DNA from: the human T2T-CHM13v2.0 reference genome, Homo sapiens
Assembly (NCBI RefSeq): GCF_009914755.1
Contig: NC_060925.1
Direction: 5' to 3' (one strand)
Length of the DNA stretch: 64,000 nt
Made by a program: the position numbers and the translations under genes. Under the pieces are notes generated by a model. It had not been told where the DNA came from. It did not search any database and worked only from the letters and a program-made list of their open reading frames with translations. The stretch's first letter is position 1, and each line of letters begins with the position of its first letter. Shown here piece by piece: positions 13,226 through 26,674 of this stretch.

Positions 13226-15359
13226 AAGTCTGTAGGAATGAATGAATAATCAAAACATATTTTTAATGGAAATATTTTTAATTTGAACCCCCATCTTTTT
13301 TTGCTTTAAAAAACTGATAATCCAGTTTATATAGAGAGAGCCTTCCTTCTTTATTGTGCTGTCTTCCTTTTGGTTATTTCATTGTAAATCAGTACTTCCG
13401 TTAGAGGATAGCAGTGGAAAAGAGAAGAGTTGCCAGGTTAAAATGGATTACATGCTTATTTATTAAAAACATTAGTTTAGTGAGAGACAAAGTAGAAATC
13501 ATTGCATTAAATGGCCTTTAAATAGCCTGTGGATTTAATTTCTCTGAGTTCTCTGTGATCTTAATTTAATACAAATAATTGAGGGTTTTTTGTTTTATGT
13601 GTTTTTAGTCTGTAACTTCTTTTTGTGTCTTGGATTGAAACAGTATTCATTAACTAAAGGCTTTGTGACATCTAATGAGTATGAGGTACTGCACTGGGGA
13701 AGCCCAGTCGTAGGGCTGTATGTATTTGGATGTTTAATCCTTTGTTTCATACATGAAAATCTGTTGTGAGCTGAGTATCTGGTACAAAGTGTTTTGTTTG
13801 GTATGAGACAAATGAGTCAGCACTTTTTCTGCCCTTTGGAGACATACAATTAATTATTTAATTATAGCGATAATTGTTAAGAAGGTAAAAACCAGATGTA
13901 TATGCAAATTGTTTTCTCTATATATTATCCAATTAGGTCTCGGATGGTACAAGGTAGATAAGAGATCTACTGAATTACAACTCAGGTGGCCTGAGAATTG
14001 CTGTTTAATGTTGGGAAACAATTCTAGCTGACAGAAACATAGCATCCTGTGTGTACCTTTCTTATAAAGTACCATATCATATGGAAACTGTTAGTTTTTC
14101 CTACTAACCTTTAATATTTTGGGCCATTTCTTGTAATAATGTTTATTTCTTCAGCAACTATAGGTTGTCAATTAGTATTGGTTAAATTCAACAATTCAAC
14201 TAGACAATGTAATGTTGAAGTGTAGGGACTTCATCTTATTCCTGAAGTAATACTGTCTTTTTTCTTCTTTAAGGCTGTTTATTCAAATACCAAAGAAGAA
14301 GTATCCAATATAATTTCCTCTTTATTATCATTATTCTCATTTTCTTCTTTAGATTACTTTTTCCCCTCCTTCCCCTTCTATTTTTTCAGAGAAGAAACTT
14401 GCTTATATTGTAATTTAAAACACTACAGAACTACCTATTTTATGCAAAAGCATGTAAAATCCCAAATGTGTATAATTCTGCCTTTATATTTCAGTAAGGT
14501 ATTGTTTGCAGTAAATTTTTCATTAAGAATAGAACAGTAGATGTGAAAAATGAGCAGAGCTTTAGGGGAAAATAAGTATATTTTAATTATATCCATCAAA
14601 TATATTCCCATTTGTTTCTCACTGAGCATTTAAGCTATAACATGAATGATCAGTTTTCTCAGCTGTGACCATCATTTAGAGCCTGTGGGTGTCTTTCATC
14701 AGCTAACAACCTATTTCAGATGGTGCCACAATATTGAGGTCCTTCTGGGAGCCACCAGTATCCCTATGGTAATATCCAGAGAATACTACCTTGACTCTTG
14801 GTTTTGTAAAGTGGCCCATAATCTTGATTTGTTGAAGTTGCCGTCATTGTTTTGGAGGAACAGAAGGAAATGCTGAAATGTGAGTGTGTACTTGTATATG
14901 CACTGTTCTGTGAGGGCTGGCTACATGGCAAGCCCCTGGTCTTGGATTGCCTATGAAGAGCGGGGGTCGGGGGGAGGGAGGTTGGAGCAACAAAATATAA
15001 CTGGGAGTGGGGAGGAAACAAAGGCTTCCCTAGCCCAAAAGCTCAGGCTAAAGACTCTGTAGGAGGAAACTGGCCTTGTTGTAGTAGCCAGTGAGAGATA
15101 TTGATGAGATTTTTCCTTGTCCATGCCTGTAAGAATTCCCATCAGATTTTTGATGTTTTTCTCTCACTTATTGTTTTTAGTTATTGGTAAGGCTGGACAG
15201 TCACAAGCCTCTGGCACAAGGGGCAGAGCCTGCCTTGCAAAGCTTACCATGTAGATGAAAGCTGATAACACTCTGTAAACACTCAGCCCCAAGAGGAATC
15301 CTTTGGTATCTTCAGAGACTGTTAATGTTGGGATAGGAGGAAGGTTTGGGGAGGTAGCT

Positions 15360-15600
15360 CTAGTGAAAAGCATAGGTCTTATAGTAAGATGGATTTAGGT
15401 TTTGCCTCTGGAACTGACATTTACTAGCTGTGTGACATTTGTTTTGCTTTCCAAGCTTCTGATGTCTCATCTTTAAATTGGGTAATGTTATCAGTTTCTC
15501 AAGCTTACAGTTAGGATTAAATAATATAATGTCTAAAAAAGCATTCAACACAGAAGACATTGTCAGTGTTGAGTAAATGATGACTGCTATTACTATTATT
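15360..15600 (+). mobile_element. MIR
   Basis: ttactagctgtgtgac...tctcatctttaaattggg...ggattaaataatataatg...tattactattatt. Confidence 0.75.
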
Positions 15601-16180
15601 GGACTGGTAGTAACATTATTCCTGTTTTCAGGGATTACAAGTAGTTGCCAATGTGTTCTGCTCGTAGTAGAAGCTAGGACAAAATGGAAGAGAAGTGACC
15701 AGATGAAAGAACCACCATTTAAGGCATAAACCTATGCTATTTAGTCTTGAATGATCTATTAATAAAGAATAATACTGAGTCACACCATTTCACCATACAT
15801 CTATCTGCTAGAATTTTCTAGTTTGGATCTCCATCTGCAGACCAGAAAACATTTGTACTTGAAACTATTATTGGTCAAGCAGTTTACTGAGAGCAAACTG
15901 TTGCTGGGGTTTTTTGTTTTGTTTATTTGTTCATTTCTAAAAGGAGGTGATGTGAGTGGATGTAAATACACTGTGCTTGCCAGGATCAGTAAATGTAATT
16001 TGTGTGGGCATGTATGTAGTTCCCTAATGACAGCAGTATTAACTAAACAAATTATGAAATTGAAGAAAAAATGTCCATACATAGTAGATATTTAGTTAGC
16101 CTTTGGTGAACAAATTCAGGCATAATCTACTAATTTGCTTAGAAAGTAGGTAAGTAGTTTCTATCTACTTAGTAACTACT

Positions 16181-16288
16181 TAATAGCAGCCATCATTTAC
16201 TCAACACTGACAACATCTTCTGTGTTGAATGCTTTTTTAGACATTATTTTATTTAATCCTCATTGTAAGCTTGAGAAACTGGTAACAT
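16181..16288 (-). repeat. Inverted local copy of 15485-15592 (101/108 identical)
   Basis: Manual alignment to the reverse complement: 7 mismatches, no gaps. Confidence 0.95.
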
Positions 16289-16334
16289 CTGCTAAGTAAC
16301 TACTTAGAAACTAACTACTTAATAGTCTTTTGTT

Positions 16335-19300
16335 TAAATATTTTTGTTGATAGGTAATATATTCAAATACATGAAAATTTTAAAAGTTCAAAAGGGTATG
16401 CCAGTGAAGTTTTCTTCCCCACCTAGTCCTTAGTATCTTGAGTTTGTTTTCATACATATTTTATGTATATATAAGCAAATACAGATTTCTCCCTTACACA
16501 AATGGCAGCATATGACACTGTAAGTGTAATAGTATGTCTTAGAAATGATTGCATATCACTATATGAAGATTTTATTTCTAAAAATTGCTTAATACTCTAC
16601 CTATGGACATATTTAACCAAGTTTGCTACTGATGGCTATTTAGGTTGTTTCCGACCTTTTGTTATTACAAATATTTTATTGCAGTGAATGTCTGACCTGT
16701 ACTTGTGTAATTTCACATTCATATGTGTGGGAATTTATTTGTAGGCTAAAATCTTAGAAGTGGAGTTGCTGGCTCATGGAGTAAATACTAAAGAAGCTTC
16801 TGATAGGACAAAATTAGTACTTGTGTTTTACCTAAGAGGGATGGAAAAACACAGGAGAGCTACCAGTTATGTGGTAAGCCTTTTCACATTAAAGGCTATT
16901 CAGGCCTCTTCCGATTCCTGAAGAGATACCCGAAAGCTAGAATTGCTACTCTGGACTTTCCCTTTATTTTAAAACAACTCGGATTAGGCCTGTTTTTCTG
17001 ATATCAGAAATATTGAAAGGCATTTGTTCCACTTTGAATTGTGACAAGGACAGTAATCACAGTAGGTTCTGGTATTGAGAATGTGCCAAGCACTGTGTTA
17101 AATGCTCTCTTTTGTATAGTTCTAATTTAAAAATCCTTGACTTATAGGTAATAACAACATTTTATAGAATAGTAAACTGAGGCTCAGAGAGGTAACTTCC
17201 TGAAGGTCACATTACTTAGTGGCATAGGCACTATTTGATACTAAGTCTGTCTAGCTTTAAAGCTTATCCTCTTAATTACCACATGGCCCCTGCTTTCTAT
17301 CCATTTGTATTTGCCTAGTATATTTTACTTTTAACTTTTTTTACTTCAGTTGTTTTATATGTGTCTCTTATGGGCAGCATATAGTTGAATTTAGGTACAC
17401 CCCTCTCATGGTATAAAAAGTCTTTTTCTTTTGAATAGGTTAATGCAACCCACTTATGCTCAGTAATATAATAGATATGTTTGTTAAAATATTGTTAAAT
17501 TATTGTATTTGAACCTTTTTGGTACTTCTTGATATTTGTACTTTCTCAGACACTTGGGATATAAAAGTAAATGCAATAAATATCTTTGTTCTTATGAGGG
17601 TGAGAAAACACTAATAAACAATCAATCAGTAAGGCAAAGGAGATGTGTGGTATGAAACAGGTCAAAGTAAACCTCACTGCAAAGATGAGATTTAAGCAAA
17701 GACTTGAGGGACCTGAAGGAATTGGACAAACTGATATCTGAGAGAAGAATGTTCTAGGCAGAGGGTACATCTAGAGCAAACGACCTGTTGTATGAGTGTG
17801 CCAGACATTCCTGAAGAATGGCTATGAAACCAATTTGGCTGGAGCAAGGTGAGTGAGAAGGGGCATAGTAGTAAATGAGGGCAGAAAGGTAATAGGGGGT
17901 CCGACTTTGTTAGTCTTACCTTATTGGTCATATAAGGGCTTTGATTTTACTGTGAATAAAATGGGGATCTGTTGCAGGATATTTAACAAAGAGTGTGATG
18001 ATATGATATGAAAAAGAAAATGTTCCCTATACTCCTGTTTCCCAGTCCCCTAGCTCCCTTTTCTAGAGGTAACTACTTTCTCTTCTGTGTCTTGTGTAAC
18101 CTTCTGGAGATAGTCTGTGCTTATTGAAGCATGTGCATGGAGGCACATGTACACATATACACATTTACAAAGAACATACCATACATACATAACCAGCTCT
18201 GCCTATTGATGGACTTTGTGCTTGCTTCTGTTTTTTGCTGTTACAAACAGTGCTACAATAAATATTGTATGTGTTCATCTTTACACTCATTTGTGACTAT
18301 GTCTGTAAAACTAATTACTAGAAGTAAAATTTCTAGCCCAAGGATTGTGGGAATTTACTTGATAGTTGTCTCCCAACTCCTCCTATACATAGAATTTGTG
18401 TCAATTTTCACTGTGACCAATGATATATAAGTATGCCTAGTTCTATACCATCACCATCAAATGCTATCAAACTCTAATCGTTGTAATCTGATAGATGAAA
18501 AATAGATTTTATTGTAGCTTTAATTTATATTTCACTTATGATTTACTTCATATGTTTAAAAGTCACATATATGTCCTTTTCTGTGAAATATCTGTATACA
18601 TCCTGTGCACATTCATATTTGCCCATTTTAAAAATTGACTTGTGGAAGTTTAGTATTTTAAAATTAACCATTTTCCTGCCATATGTTACAAATATTTTTT
18701 CTCAATTTATTTTCTGCCTCTTTACTTTGATATAAGGAGAGTTTTTTAAAAAATCAACTACTGTCTTTTAAATTTGCGATGTCACATTTATTAAACTTTT
18801 TTTTAGTGACTTCTATTTTATGTTATACCTAGAGAGCCATTTCCCATGCTGAGACTAAAAAACACTTGCTGAACTGTCGATTCTTTCTTCTAGTACTTTG
18901 GTGGTTTCTTTGTCTTTGTGTTTTTTTCTGTTTCTTTTTACATTTATATCCTTAATCAATTGTGAATTTATTTTGGAGTAAAGAGTGATACCTCACTCCT
19001 AGAGATTCAGCTTTATTTTTTCTAGCTGTTCCAATACCATTTGTTGAATAATTTATTACTTCTTCATTGATATGAAGTGCTAAATTTCACACTAACATAT
19101 CACATATGTTTGCATTTAGATCTATTCCTTAGACAAAGGTTTTTAAAAAGTTTTTTTCACCTGGAACTTCTGTAGGATTTCTTCTGTCTTTTATTGTTTT
19201 GTCATTCAGAGGTCACAGTTTGTGATGTGTTTATAGATGTCAGTAAGCCATGTTTCTGAAAGGTTCAACCTTCTGGAATAAGTCCAGAAGTAAGTGGAAA

Positions 19301-20480
19301 AATGTTCCTTTGTACCTGTTCTGTATCTAATGGAATTATTGTTTACATGTGAAGTTGAAATAAGAAAAATTAGTAGCTGTAAAGATTCAGAAAGTGTAGC
19401 ACCTACACACCTATCTGAAAAAAATTTTACAAACTAGAAAAATCGAAGAGAAGTGCAAGGATGTAAGAAACAATGGTGAATAATATATCATTTCATAAAA
19501 ATTAATTTAAAAATTTGGAACAGTGCAGTGCTAGAAATAATAATAGAAAGACCAAATATGACACTGAACCTGGCTTAGTTGAAGAAGGAGTGGAAACTCC
19601 AATATGATGTGTGGTGTTTCCTGGGAAGTGATATCTAAGCTGAATGCGAAAGGATGAGTGAAGAGTTAACCCAGTGATTTTTCTCAGAATGTAATGATTA
19701 TTAAGGATGTTTCCTGTCTCTTACAACTTTTTGAACCTCCGAAAGATACTTTATTGATTTACTTGGATTTTCTAGGTTTATATTTATACCAGCTGCAGAA
19801 AGAGAATACAAATAAATCTTTTCCATGTATATATCTTCTTAAGAAGTATTGCTGATATATCTAATACTACTGCTTTGTTGAATGAGGGTGTTTGATGGGA
19901 TATTCTTGTTTCTGTTTTTATGGTTTATCTCACTTAGTACTACTCTATGTTTTTAAAGTTGAAGCAGTAAATTGTAATATTTTTCTTGTATAGAGTTAAC
20001 TTTGCCTTCTGATCATACACCTAATTGATTGAAGTGATAATTGTTTAATATGTTATTGGTGATATCAGCTAATATTTCATTTAGGTTCCTTGGATCTCTA
20101 TTAATACACTGTATTGGCTACTTTTCTTCATTATTATCTTACTGTTTAGGTTTTAAAACTGAACCCATTTCTAGTACCTAAAAACAAGTCAGGTAAAAGA
20201 CTACTTGTAATATGAACATTTGGAGAAGTATGCACTTGCTCAATAAGGGCAGGCAGGAACATATGGTACAATTTCTCCCTTTGGATTTATGCTGTGCATA
20301 GCATAGTAGCTTTCAGAAGGTTTTAGTGGCAATTTATTTCAATAGCTTTTTCTTTTTCCATTGTTAGAACTCATATTTTTGTGTTTTATGTTTTTGTAAA
20401 TAGGTATGTGACTGTCTTATCAAATTTATTGACATCTCATTGAAATAAGCTCCGATATATCAAATAAAATTGATTTTTTT
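16335..20480 (-). mobile_element. Patchwork of old antisense L1ME-like pieces, with MIR (~17070-17285) and L2 (~17540-18000)
   Basis: T-rich L1 3' text (gatggctatttaggttgttt; ttgttccaataccatttgttgaata-like); MIR aaactgaggctcagagagg; L2 gcaaagatgagatttaagcaaagacttgagg. Confidence 0.6.
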
Positions 20481-21136
20481 GTTTGTAATTAAGTTACATT
20501 TTGTGGAGGACTTTTAGTTTTGTTGATTTTAAAGAACCAGATAAAATAATTATTGGCCAGTTTGCAGAAGGATTTAAGTTGAGTATTTAACAATAGAAGA
20601 TAACATATTTAGTGGGTCCATTCATGTACTAGTCACTATATTGAATGATAATGCATGTAAAAGACGTAGTGCGTGACAACTTAAAAGCTCACAGTTTCAT
20701 AGAACATGGTTTAAAAAAATAAGGTAGTTTCATTGTAAGGTTGTAAGTATTATGTAAAAGAATGTTTCAAGTGCAGTAGGAACATAGAGGAGGAGAATCA
20801 CAGGTCTTTTGTGCTTCATAAGCATTCTTTTCCAGCTGTTAAAACATTTTTGTCACTCATAAAAGTACTGTCACTGACAACATCCACCATCGTACTATTT
20901 AATATGAAAATTCACCTTCAAATGCCAAAACAGGGGAAAGAGGGAGAGATTATTATTGTATAGTAACATAATAAAGGAAGCGTACCAGCTCAGAGAAATA
21001 TTTCTGACAACTAAACTCAGGCAGATTCATTGCTTGGATCCTTATGAAGTAGGTATTAATTATTATTAAAGTATCTTCAGCCATGTTCCTATACAGATGT
21101 AACTGTTCTTTTTTATTTATTTATTTTTATTTCTTT

Positions 21137-21433
21137 AGAGACAGGGTCTCACTATGTTGCCCAGGCTGGAATGCAGTGGCTCTTCACAGGTGCAGTCCCA
21201 CTGTTGATCAGCACGGGTGTTTTTACCTGCTCTGTTTCTGACCAGGGCTGGTTCACCCCTCCTTAGGCAACCTGATGGTCCCCCACTCCCAGGAGGTCAC
21301 CATATTGATGCTGAACTTAGTGCAAACACCAGGTCAACATAGTGTACTACAGCCCAGAACTCTTGGGCTCAAGTGATCCTCCCACCAGCCTCTTGAGTAG
21401 CTGAGACCACAGGGAAACACCACTGCAGCCAGC
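21137..21433 (-). pseudogene. Full-length 7SL (SRP) RNA retropseudogene (RN7SL-P type)
   Basis: Alu-domain ends plus the central S domain absent from Alus (minus strand: ctaagttcagcatcaatatggtgacctcctgggag...ttgcctaaggaggggtgaacc...ggtcagaaacagagcagg). A-rich tail 21109-21136. TSD gtaactgttcttt/gtagctgttcttt. Confidence 0.93.
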
Positions 21434-21547
21434 AAAGTAGCTGTTCTTTAAGTTATCCTTTGATAAAAAGACAAGTTATCACTCTAAAGAGAACTAAAAT
21501 ATCTATGGAAAGAGCTTAAGGGAGCTAGAGAAGTGTTCTTGACTTAG

Positions 21548-21938
<391 letters not shown>

Positions 21939-22716
21939 TGGTTGTTTTTTCATGTATAGTTGTTCTTTCAGCTATTGAGAGAGTAATGTTGAAATCTCTG
22001 ATTGTGGTTTTGTTTTCACATATACTTACTTCTGCTTATAAGTTCCACGTACAGTATTATGCTTTGCTTTGAACAGTCATATGTCTTTTAAATAAATGAA
22101 GAGATGGAAAAATGTGTACTGTTTTGTATTTACCCACATATTTTCTAGTTCCAGAGCTCTTTATTCATTTATATAGATTCATTTTACCCTCTATTGTTAC
22201 TTTCATTTCTTTAGCATTTTTTATAGTGTATGTCTGTTGGCAACAAATTCTTTCAGTTTTTGTTAATCTAAAAATGTCTTTTTTGCCTTTTTTGAGGAAT
22301 GTTTTCACTGGATAATGAATTTTGACTTGCATTTGATTTTTCTATAGCACTTTAAAAATGTTGTCATCTGACTTCCATTGTTGATTAATGAGAAGTGAGT
22401 TGCCATTTGTATTGTTATTCCTATGTGTGAATGTGTCATTTTTCCCTGACTCCTTTTAAGGTTTTTGTTTTCCTCTATGCATGGTTTCAGCAATTTGACA
22501 GTGATCTTCTACACTGGGTTTTTTTATTTGTTTGTTTGTTTGTTTGTTTGTTTTGGTATTTATCCTTCTTAGAATTTACAGTTTGGAGGAATTGTATGGC
22601 CATTATTACTTCAAGTACTTTTTTCTACCCTATTTTCTTTTATTCCTTCTCTGGGCCCCATTTATACATGTGACAGTTTATGTGATATTGACCCACCACA
22701 GATCATAGAGGCTTTG

Positions 22717-23020
22717 TTTATTTATTTATTTATTTTTTTGAGATGGAGTCTCGCTTTGTCGCCCAGGCTGGAGTGCAGTGGCATGATCTTGGCTCACTGC
22801 AAGCTCCGCATCCTGGGTTCACACTGTTCTCCTGCCTTAGCCTCCTGAGTAGCGGGGACTACAGGCACCCGCCACCACGCCTGGCTAATTTTTTGTATTT
22901 TTAGTAGAGATGGGGTTTCACTGTGTTAGCCAGGATGGTCTCGATCTCCTGACCTCGTGATCCACCCACCTCAGCCTCCCGAAGTGCTGGGATTACAGGC
23001 ATGAGCCACTGTGCCCGGCC
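22717..23020 (-). mobile_element. AluY
   Basis: Diagnostic gcaagctccg and gttagccaggatggtctcgatctcctgacctcgtg. TSD gaggcttt. Confidence 0.94.
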
Positions 23021-23164
23021 GAGGCTTTATTTTTATTCAGTCTTCCTGTGTCCCAGTTGTTAAGATTGGCTATATTTTATTAATCTGTCTTCAAGTTCAT
23101 TGACCCTTTCTTCTTTGCAGTCTACTGTAATCCTATCCAATGAATTTTTCTTTTTAAATGTTGC

Positions 23165-23278
23165 AGTATTGTAGTATATTGTATATTGTAGTATATGTAG
23201 TATATATTGTAGTATATATGTAGTATATATTGTAGTATATATGTAGTATATATTGTAGTATATGTAGTATATTGTAGA
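23165..23278. repeat. Minisatellite of TGTAGTATATA(T) units
   Basis: About 10 imperfect 9-12-bp units tattgtagtata/tatgtagtata inside the L1M. Confidence 0.9.
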
Positions 23279-25373
23279 ATTGCCATTTGTCTCTTTATTA
23301 TAGTTTTCATTTTTCTGCTAACATTTCCCATATACTTGTTCTTTCTGGCCATATTTTCCTTTACTTTAAAAAATGTATTTATAATATCTGCTTTAAAGTT
23401 CTTGCCTGCTGATTCCAACTTCTGGGTCATCTTGGGGTCTGTTTCTGTTGACTATTATTTCTCTTGACAGTGAATCATATCTGTCTGTTCCTTCATGTGT
23501 CTAGTAAGTTTTATTTACATACTGGACATTTTTATTGATACTCTATGGAGACTCTGAATTTAATTATCTTCTGAACTGTTGGTTTTTGCTTTAGCAGACA
23601 GTTAATTTGGCTTGACTCAAACTTCAAATTCAGCCTGCGTTGTGGTGGCCAACAGGCCAAATACCTGCTTTATTATCTTACACTTCTAACTGCCTTGTTC
23701 TAATGTGTTCCTTAGAGGTTGTCTTGCTTATACATCGTTTGGGACTTAGCAAAGCACCTGCAATTAATATACAAATTTCATTTTTCTTCTCCATGACTTC
23801 ATTTTTCCCAAGGTTTTCTCTCTCACTTTCCAGCCATTTTGTGAGCTCCCAAACCTATCCTCAGACTCCTTTTTAGCCGAGAAAACTGTTGCTGTCTGCT
23901 TGAGTTTAAGTCACATGGAGTGAGGTGGGCCAGAGTTTGCCCCCAGCTCGAAACTGTAACAAGCCAGATTCTATGTTGTGAAATTTTTCTTCATTCAATG
24001 ATCAACTTCCCTTAAGACTTTGCCTGCTTTTTTATGGCTCTTCAGAGCCTTCAAACAGTTGTTTTTAATATTTTGTCTACAGATTATATTTTTGTCTGCT
24101 GATAGGTTTAGTTAGTTACAAACTATTCTTTGTTGGAAGCAGAACTTCCCTACTCCTTTAATAAAATGACTTTGAGAAATGAAAGTTTGGTTATTGTTTC
24201 TAAATTGCAATGACCTGTATTGGTGCTAATATCACTTGGCCAAAGGGTGGTTGTGGTATGCAAAAATAGCATATTCCAAAGTCCTGAGAGCAGAGCTGTG
24301 ACAGCCCTACCTTCAGGTCTAATATGTTATCTGACTTTTTAGGAGTATTTGAATATTCGGTCACCAAGCAGATTTAGTGACTGTCATAAAACATTGCAAT
24401 TTTTAAAAAATATTTCTAAGGATGTATAGCCAGTGAGTAGAAGAACTTCATTTCAGTCAGTATTAAAGGCGGGGAAAATTCTCTTATTACTCAGGAATTT
24501 GAGTCTGGTGCTCCATGGGATGCAGCACTGAAGAGCTAATGAAATCATTATCTCTGCTTACTTTGACTACACTGCACACTCAGGGCAAGCTTTAGGGTCA
24601 CATTACCACTGCTGCAGAAAGAATAAAGGAATTCACAGTCTACTGGATTAAGTGGAAAACTTGAAGAAAGAATGACAGGATTGGAACTTGTGTTTTCAGA
24701 TAAAGGTAGAAATTTAAAATTCATAGACATGCTGTAATTGAGCTAACATAATTTCTTCTATTTAACAGCCTTAGGATTGAGGTAGTTCCAAATTAAATTC
24801 ACTGTTTAATCTAGCATGAGCTGAATTGATATTCTTGCCACATTTTCTATTTGAGAATTAAGCTATTGATCAGGAAAGTGAGATCAGCTATCCCAAACTG
24901 TACTTCAAAGAGTCCTTCCAAGGAAAGGTTGTCTCCTAAGTGATGCTGTAGCAATCCTAAGGAAAGATGTAATTTTTGAAAATATTTGTTTTGGTGGATA
25001 TCTTATAATCAGAATATATAATATATTCAGAATGTATAATATATGTAATATAAAATATATGCTGTATATTCTGATTTTTTATTTAAGACATATAAATGTA
25101 TTGTGTATAAATGATCATGTTTAATGTTGAGGGCTAGGAGATCTTTTAAAAAAATCATTGAGAACAATTTAAACCTGTATCCCAAAATGTGACATGTTAC
25201 ACCAAGGGTTGGCCAACTGCAGCCTATAGGCCCATGGGTATTATTTCTCCAGAATCGTTTGTCGATCTCTGTGTTACACCATACTTGGTGATGGGGATGC
25301 AAAATAATCAAGGATTCTGCTCCCATACAGCTTACAATGAAGGGTTTCTCCTTAGGGAATTGACCGTATATAG

Positions 25374-25733
25374 CTCCTTTTTTTTTCTTCTCTCCCTCCC
25401 TCCCCCTCCCTCCCTCCCTCCTTCCCCCCTCCCCCCTTTCCCCCTTCCCTCCTTCCCTCCTTCCCACCTCCTTTCCTCCTTCCCTCCTTCCCTCCTCCTT
25501 CTCCCCTTCCTGTCCTTCCTTCCTTCCTCCCTCCCTCCCTCCCTCCTTCCCTCCTTCCCTCCTCTTTCTCTCCTTTCCTCCTTCCCTCCTACTTCTCTCC
25601 TTCCTTCCCTCCTCCTTCTCTCCTTCCTTCCCTCCTTCCCTCTTCCTTCCTTCTTTCCTTCCTTCCTTCCCTCCCTCCTTCCTTTCTTCTTTCCTTCCTT
25701 CCTTCCTCCCTCCCTCCCTCATCCTTTCTTTTC
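25374..25733 (+). repeat. ~360-bp polypyrimidine (CCTT/CCCT)n tract
   Basis: Only a handful of purines across the tract. Confidence 0.97.
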
Positions 25734-25837
25734 AGACTGCTAAAATGTAAACATGTCTGATAAGAATCTTCCAATTGTTCATAAGTTTTTCCCTTTTCTC
25801 TTGTGTTTACTTTTTAATTTTAAAATAACGATAGCAT

Positions 25838-26255
25838 TGTGTATCTACTGACATTGCCGTGTAACAAATCATCCCAACCTAAGTGGCTTAAACCAAGAAC
25901 CATTTATGATTTCTCATGAGTCAGAGTCAGCTGGGGATCAGTTGATTAAATCTTGGCTTAACTGGCAGTGACTCTGCTCCATGTATTTCTCATCGTCCTG
26001 CTGTCAGTCTGGATAAGTCCTTCTCATGGTGATGGCAGACAGCAAGTTGAGACACAACAAGGCCTCTTGAAGTCTAGCTTGGGACTCGCATACCATCATG
26101 TCTAACTCATTTTATTGGCCAAAAAAAAAAAAAAATCACTTGACTAAACCCAAAGAGTGGGAAAGTATGCCCCCACCCTCAGTGGGAGGGTCCTGGAAAA
26201 GTTACATGGCAAAGGGTGTGAAAATTTGGGATTAATAATACAGTCCATCAAAATG
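25838..26255 (-). mobile_element. MLT1 (H-like) MaLR LTR
   Basis: gtaacaaatcatcccaacctaagtggcttaaacc...ttttattggccaaa...aagttacatggcaaagggtgtg. Confidence 0.72.
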
Positions 26256-26674
26256 TGGTATAGTATTAATATATAGCCTACAACCAGCATTAGGAGCTGA
26301 GCTACATCTCAAGTATTTTAATGCGTATTGCTTTTATATGCAGCAAAGATCTGGACAGCATGGACTTACTCCTCAGAAGTCATTCTATAAGGGTACCAGG
26401 AGTATGAGGATCCTAAATCCCTTCAATTTAGTTAGTATGTATCAAATGCCTTATTTGTGCCTAACACTATATTAAGTTATGGGGCTTTAGGAGCTTTAAG
26501 TCAACGGTAAACACAGACCATGGACAAGTACTTAGAAGATGGTGTGAGAGTTCTAATAGTTGAAGTATATATTGGGTATATAGGTAGCAACAGAAAAGAG
26601 GAATAATCATCTCTGTGAAAAGACATAGAAAGCTGTGTGGAGGAGATACTCATATTAAATCTTGAAAGATGAAT

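Larger units (their letters stand above)
21940..24140 (-). mobile_element. Old L1M (ORF1 and 5' region), antisense
   Basis: Minus ORFs with decayed ORF1 coiled-coil/CTD text (MTQKLESAGKNFKADIINTF...; ..GITIQMATHFSL..). Confidence 0.7.

Noticed and set aside
23165-23278. CRISPR-like or regularly spaced repeats here and at 52295 and 54480
   Set aside because: No unique spacers, only 2 copies or simple units, eukaryotic context, no cas genes.
25027-25774. 231-aa, 184-aa and 61-aa ORFs (REGGK-rich and PSFL-rich)
   Set aside because: Artefacts of the stop-free CT microsatellite; no domain or gene structure.
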